Source: a virus
Taxonomy: Duplodnaviria; Heunggongvirae; Uroviricota; Caudoviricetes
Direction: 5' to 3' (one strand)
IMG/VR virus record: IMGVR_UViG_2681813261_000028
Length of the DNA stretch: 9,554 nucleotides
Positions 7,182 through 9,554 of the stretch are shown here, in pieces (position 1 is the first letter of the stretch; each line of letters starts with the position of its first letter). The translations under genes were made by a program, and so were the position numbers. A model generated the notes under the pieces. That model saw only the letters and a program-made list of their open reading frames with translations, was not told where the DNA came from and did not search any database.

Positions 7182-7652
7182 NNNNNNNNNNNNNNNNNNN
7201 NNNNNNNNNNNNNNTTTTTCTTTGATTTCCTCTCTATCAATATTTCCTGAGAATATTTTCTTTTTGTTGAACGTGCCATAAGATATACCGCAAGATATAC
7301 CTTTGGTAAGGTGATTAACTAAACTTTCAACATTTACAGATTCATTTTTTAATCTTTTTAATATTTCTGACCTGAGATTTTTCCTGAGTTTGTCAAATTC
7401 TACGTTTCTATCATAAATAGTCTCATGAATAAGGCAGATAGCTTCTCTCATTGTTGATTCAATGAGGTTATATAACAGTATATATACTGCTCCCTTTAGA
7501 GTTTTTCGTGATTGAGCAGTAATGGAGAACTTATGTTCTTTATCATCAGCTGATATCAGTTCTGCACCGGCATACTCAATAAATTTCAAAAGATCCAAAT
7601 AGGCCAAGATCTCTCCTGACCTTTCGTCAAAATCCTCACGAAAACGATCCAT
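7131..7652 (-). CDS. N-terminal segment of the DUF262-partner protein (same gene as 6935..7181 if the gap hides a frame change)
   Basis: ATG at 7650..7652 (complement) lies 1 nt after the DUF262 stop (TAAcATG), indicating an operon. Read literally through the 33 N it runs to a stop at 7131 (173 aa); only 7215..7652 is real sequence. The protein looks helical and charged, with no catalytic motif upstream of the gap. Confidence 0.6.
   Translation of the reverse strand: MDRFREDFDERSGEILAYLDLLKFIEYAGAELISADDKEHKFSITAQSRKTLKGAVYILLYNLIESTMREAICLIHETIYDRNVEFDKLRKNLRSEILKRLKNESVNVESLVNHLTKGISCGISYGTFNKKKIFSGNIDREEIKEKXXXXXXXXXXXKIENIWFFYTFRLHSH
7182..7214. other. Run of 33 N (assembly gap or masked bases)
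   Basis: 33 consecutive n characters seen directly in the sequence, inside the small minus-strand gene. Confidence 0.97.
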
Positions 7653-7653
7653 G

Positions 7654-8796
7654 TTAATCCTCTAATAATTTATCCCGAACATATTCAATTCGTTCAATTA
7701 CCTTCACGCGACTATTAGCTCCGTCGGAAGTGGTCAATCGTTTGAATTCTTCTGAGCTTAGCCAATCTAAGTTCTTGGGAACAAGGTCAGGGACTTCACG
7801 TAATGCAAGTGCTGCGCCAACAGCGAGAGATTCGAATCTAACTCGAGGTGTAGATTTTGCAGTAATAGTTTTCTTGAATCCTGCTGGGAAATAGTTTTCA
7901 ACAAAAGATAGAACATTAGCAAACTCTTGTTTCATTGAGTTTTGTTTAGTTTCGTCTATATCTCGATTTTCTGACATATAGTCATTTAGAAAATCCCGTA
8001 CGGAATGATCAAAGTTCTTGTACTTATCTACGTAGGCAAAGAATCTTAATGTAAATTCTAACCGTTCATCTCGTTTTTCTTTAGTCTGAGATAAAGGTGC
8101 TAATTCTTTAAATTTAGGTATTGTTGAGCATGGCTTAATAACCTGTGTATATAAATTTGTTGAACCAAGTTCTGATCCTTTACGGACTTCCATATCTTTC
8201 AATATATCGCTGCCAGAGTTAATACGCTCAAAAAGATCTCTACGGGTTTCTTCATTGCATTTAGAACTCAATTCTATAACGCGGACAGGAATTCTCATGA
8301 AACGACGTTGACGTGATAATGGTAAATCTTGGAATTTGAAACCATTAAGGACGTCTAAAGATTTCAGGTCTTGTAAAACTAATTCATTTTGGATAAAAGC
8401 GTGTATAGTCCTAACTCGTTGTGAGCCATCAACAATCTCAATTCGCCCATCTAAATCGGGATCTTCGGAGAGAACATCTGCTATAAATATATATGGTATA
8501 GGAAAACCCAAAATCAAAGACTCTATCAATTTTGATTGTCTTTTTTCACTCCAAACAAAATCCCTTTGATAATCAGGAACAAAGAGTTCGTTAGTATCAT
8601 CCTCTAATCCGTTATGATACTTATTAACTAATAACTCAACGGTAAATTCTTTGGTCTCAAAATCCACATCCTTTTGCTCAGCACGAATTTGCTCTTCAGC
8701 GTTTTGCTTTATCACCTCTAGCTGAGCAAGCAACTCTGCTCTTTTCTTGGCATTATCTTCATTTTCTAGTTGAGATTTTAAATCAATAATGTCCAT
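7654..8796 (-). CDS. DUF262-domain protein (ParB/Srx-like NTPase fold, GmrSD N-terminal-domain family) without a nuclease domain
   Basis: 380 aa from ATG 8794..8796 (AAGGGA 8 nt upstream on the minus strand); the ORF-track start 8814 is TTG. DUF262 signature motifs are present: VPDYQRDFVW and IVDGSQRVRTI (the DGQQR box). No HNH/DUF1524-type His-rich motif in the C-terminal third. Stop TAA at 7654..7656. Confidence 0.85.
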   Translation of the reverse strand: MDIIDLKSQLENEDNAKKRAELLAQLEVIKQNAEEQIRAEQKDVDFETKEFTVELLVNKYHNGLEDDTNELFVPDYQRDFVWSEKRQSKLIESLILGFPIPYIFIADVLSEDPDLDGRIEIVDGSQRVRTIHAFIQNELVLQDLKSLDVLNGFKFQDLPLSRQRRFMRIPVRVIELSSKCNEETRRDLFERINSGSDILKDMEVRKGSELGSTNLYTQVIKPCSTIPKFKELAPLSQTKEKRDERLEFTLRFFAYVDKYKNFDHSVRDFLNDYMSENRDIDETKQNSMKQEFANVLSFVENYFPAGFKKTITAKSTPRVRFESLAVGAALALREVPDLVPKNLDWLSSEEFKRLTTSDGANSRVKVIERIEYVRDKLLED

Positions 8797-8981
8797 GTCT
8801 AGTTCCCTTAACAAGTGTTAAAAATTGAAGCGGATAGCATACCGCATAGATCATGAAAAATGCCATCATGTGCATGGATTTGCATGCGTCAGAAGTCGCT
8901 TTTATTGTTAGTTATCACTAGCGCTGGCGTGCTCTTGGAGTGTTCATGCAACTGCATTAAAACCGCCCCATGAAGCGGGCG

Positions 8982-9000
8982 GGCGAGGCGGGGAAAGCAC
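8982..9000. other. Phage cohesive-end (cos) site, P2-type 19-mer
   Basis: GGCGAGGCGGGGAAAGCAC at 8982..9000 matches the 19-nt cohesive end of P2 as I recall it (from memory, not searched). It lies in a GC-rich non-coding stretch between the cargo island and the 3' end of the portal-like gene, where cos sits in a P2 prophage. Confidence 0.6.
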
Positions 9001-9140
9001 TGCGCGCTGGCGGTGGTGCTGATTTTATTTTCCAGCGTCTCAGCGCGTCGTGACGGCGCTTAGTCTGCCCGTTGGGCGTTGGTGTGTCTGCGGGATTTTT
9101 TGTGCGGTGATGAGCGTGTGAGGGCGTGATGGCGGGGTGT

Positions 9141-9162
9141 AAAAAAGCCGCCCGCAGGCGGC
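9141..9162 (-). terminator. Intrinsic terminator downstream of the portal-like gene
   Basis: On the minus strand, 5 nt after the stop at 9168..9170: stem GCCGCC/GGCGGC (9147..9152 and 9157..9162) with 4-nt loop, followed by a T6 tract (A6 on the plus strand at 9141..9146). Confidence 0.65.
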
Positions 9163-9167
9163 GATGT

Positions 9168-9554
9168 TCAGCCGTTGTCAGTGTCCAGTGAGTAGTTTTT
9201 AAAGCGGATGACCTCCTGACCGAGCCAGCCGTTTATCTCGCGGATCCTGTCCTGTAACGGGATAAGCTCATTGCGGACAAAGACCTTTGCCACTTTCTCA
9301 ATATCACCCAGCGACCCGACGTTCTCCGGCTTGCCCCCCATCAACTGAAAGGGGATGCGGTGCGCGTCCAGCAGGTCAGCGGCGCTGGCTTTTTTGATAT
9401 TAAAAAAATCGTCCTTCGTTGCCACTTCACTGAGCGGGATAATTTTAATGCCGTCGGCTTTCCCCTGTGGGGCATAGAGAAACAGATTTTTAAAGTTATT
9501 GCGGCCTTTGCAAAATGGCATCTGAATCGATCGCAGTTTGGCATTCGAATCGAT
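9168..9554 (-). CDS. Q: Portal-like capsid protein, C-terminal part (5' end outside the window)
   Basis: Minus-strand frame is open from the window edge (9554) to stop TGA (complement of 9168..9170); no stop between 9522 and 9554, so the ORF-track Met at 9521 is internal. Assignment to P2 gpQ rests on position (leftward gene with its 3' end next to cos) and is unverified. Confidence 0.55.
   Translation of the reverse strand: MDSNAKLRSIQMPFCKGRNNFKNLFLYAPQGKADGIKIIPLSEVATKDDFFNIKKASAADLLDAHRIPFQLMGGKPENVGSLGDIEKVAKVFVRNELIPLQDRIREINGWLGQEVIRFKNYSLDTDNG

Noticed and set aside
7182-7279. ORF-track start at 7279 for the 114-aa minus-strand ORF (MARSTKRKYSQEILIERKSKK before the gap)
   Set aside because: Upstream of the gap this frame overlaps the coupled frame that starts at 7652. 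Only the part downstream of the gap (6935..7181) is supported.
8336-8569. Plus-strand 77-aa ORF inside the DUF262 gene
   Set aside because: Antisense to a gene with clear DUF262 motifs and no supporting features.
7654-8796. HNH/DUF1524-type nuclease domain at the C-terminus of the DUF262 protein
   Set aside because: Looked for a His-rich or H-N-H pattern in the last roughly 120 residues and found none. The protein is too short (380 aa) to be a full GmrSD-type enzyme.
8797-8981. Promoter for the DUF262/HEPN operon, and repeated CATGCA/CATGAT motifs near 8850..8890
   Set aside because: No convincing -35/-10 pair could be found by eye on the minus strand. The short repeats are too few and too degenerate to call a binding-site array. 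The promoter is probably here but not locatable without experiment.
9341-9544. Minus-strand 67-aa ORF overlapping the portal-like gene in another frame
   Set aside because: Overlaps the longer frame that stays open to the window edge; Cys- and Arg-rich off-frame translation.
1-9554. CRISPR arrays, tRNA or rRNA genes, insertion sequences
   Set aside because: No regularly spaced direct repeats, no terminal inverted repeats flanking a transposase-like ORF, and no non-coding stretch long enough for an rRNA. The few intergenic regions show no evident cloverleaf, though no formal tRNA scan was possible.

Overview
This window reads as the immunity and replication region of a P2-like temperate phage integrated in an enterobacterial genome, followed by a roughly 3 kb AT-rich cargo island and then the phage cos site and the 3' end of a probable portal gene. 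The backbone order is int and C on the minus strand, then cox, a small ORF, B, three small ORFs (one a TraR/DksA-type zinc finger) and the HUH rolling-circle initiator A on the plus strand. The cargo sits where P2 carries tin/old. It holds a complete C5 cytosine methyltransferase on the plus strand, convergent with a tightly coupled minus-strand pair: a DUF262 (ParB/GmrSD-N-like) protein with no attached nuclease domain, and a small protein with an Rx4H HEPN-like motif. That pair is the best candidate for an undescribed defence or abortive-infection module. The HEPN-like gene is interrupted by a 33-N run, so its true reading frame and length are unresolved. All family assignments come from motifs read by eye and from recalled P2 gene order; no database search was run.
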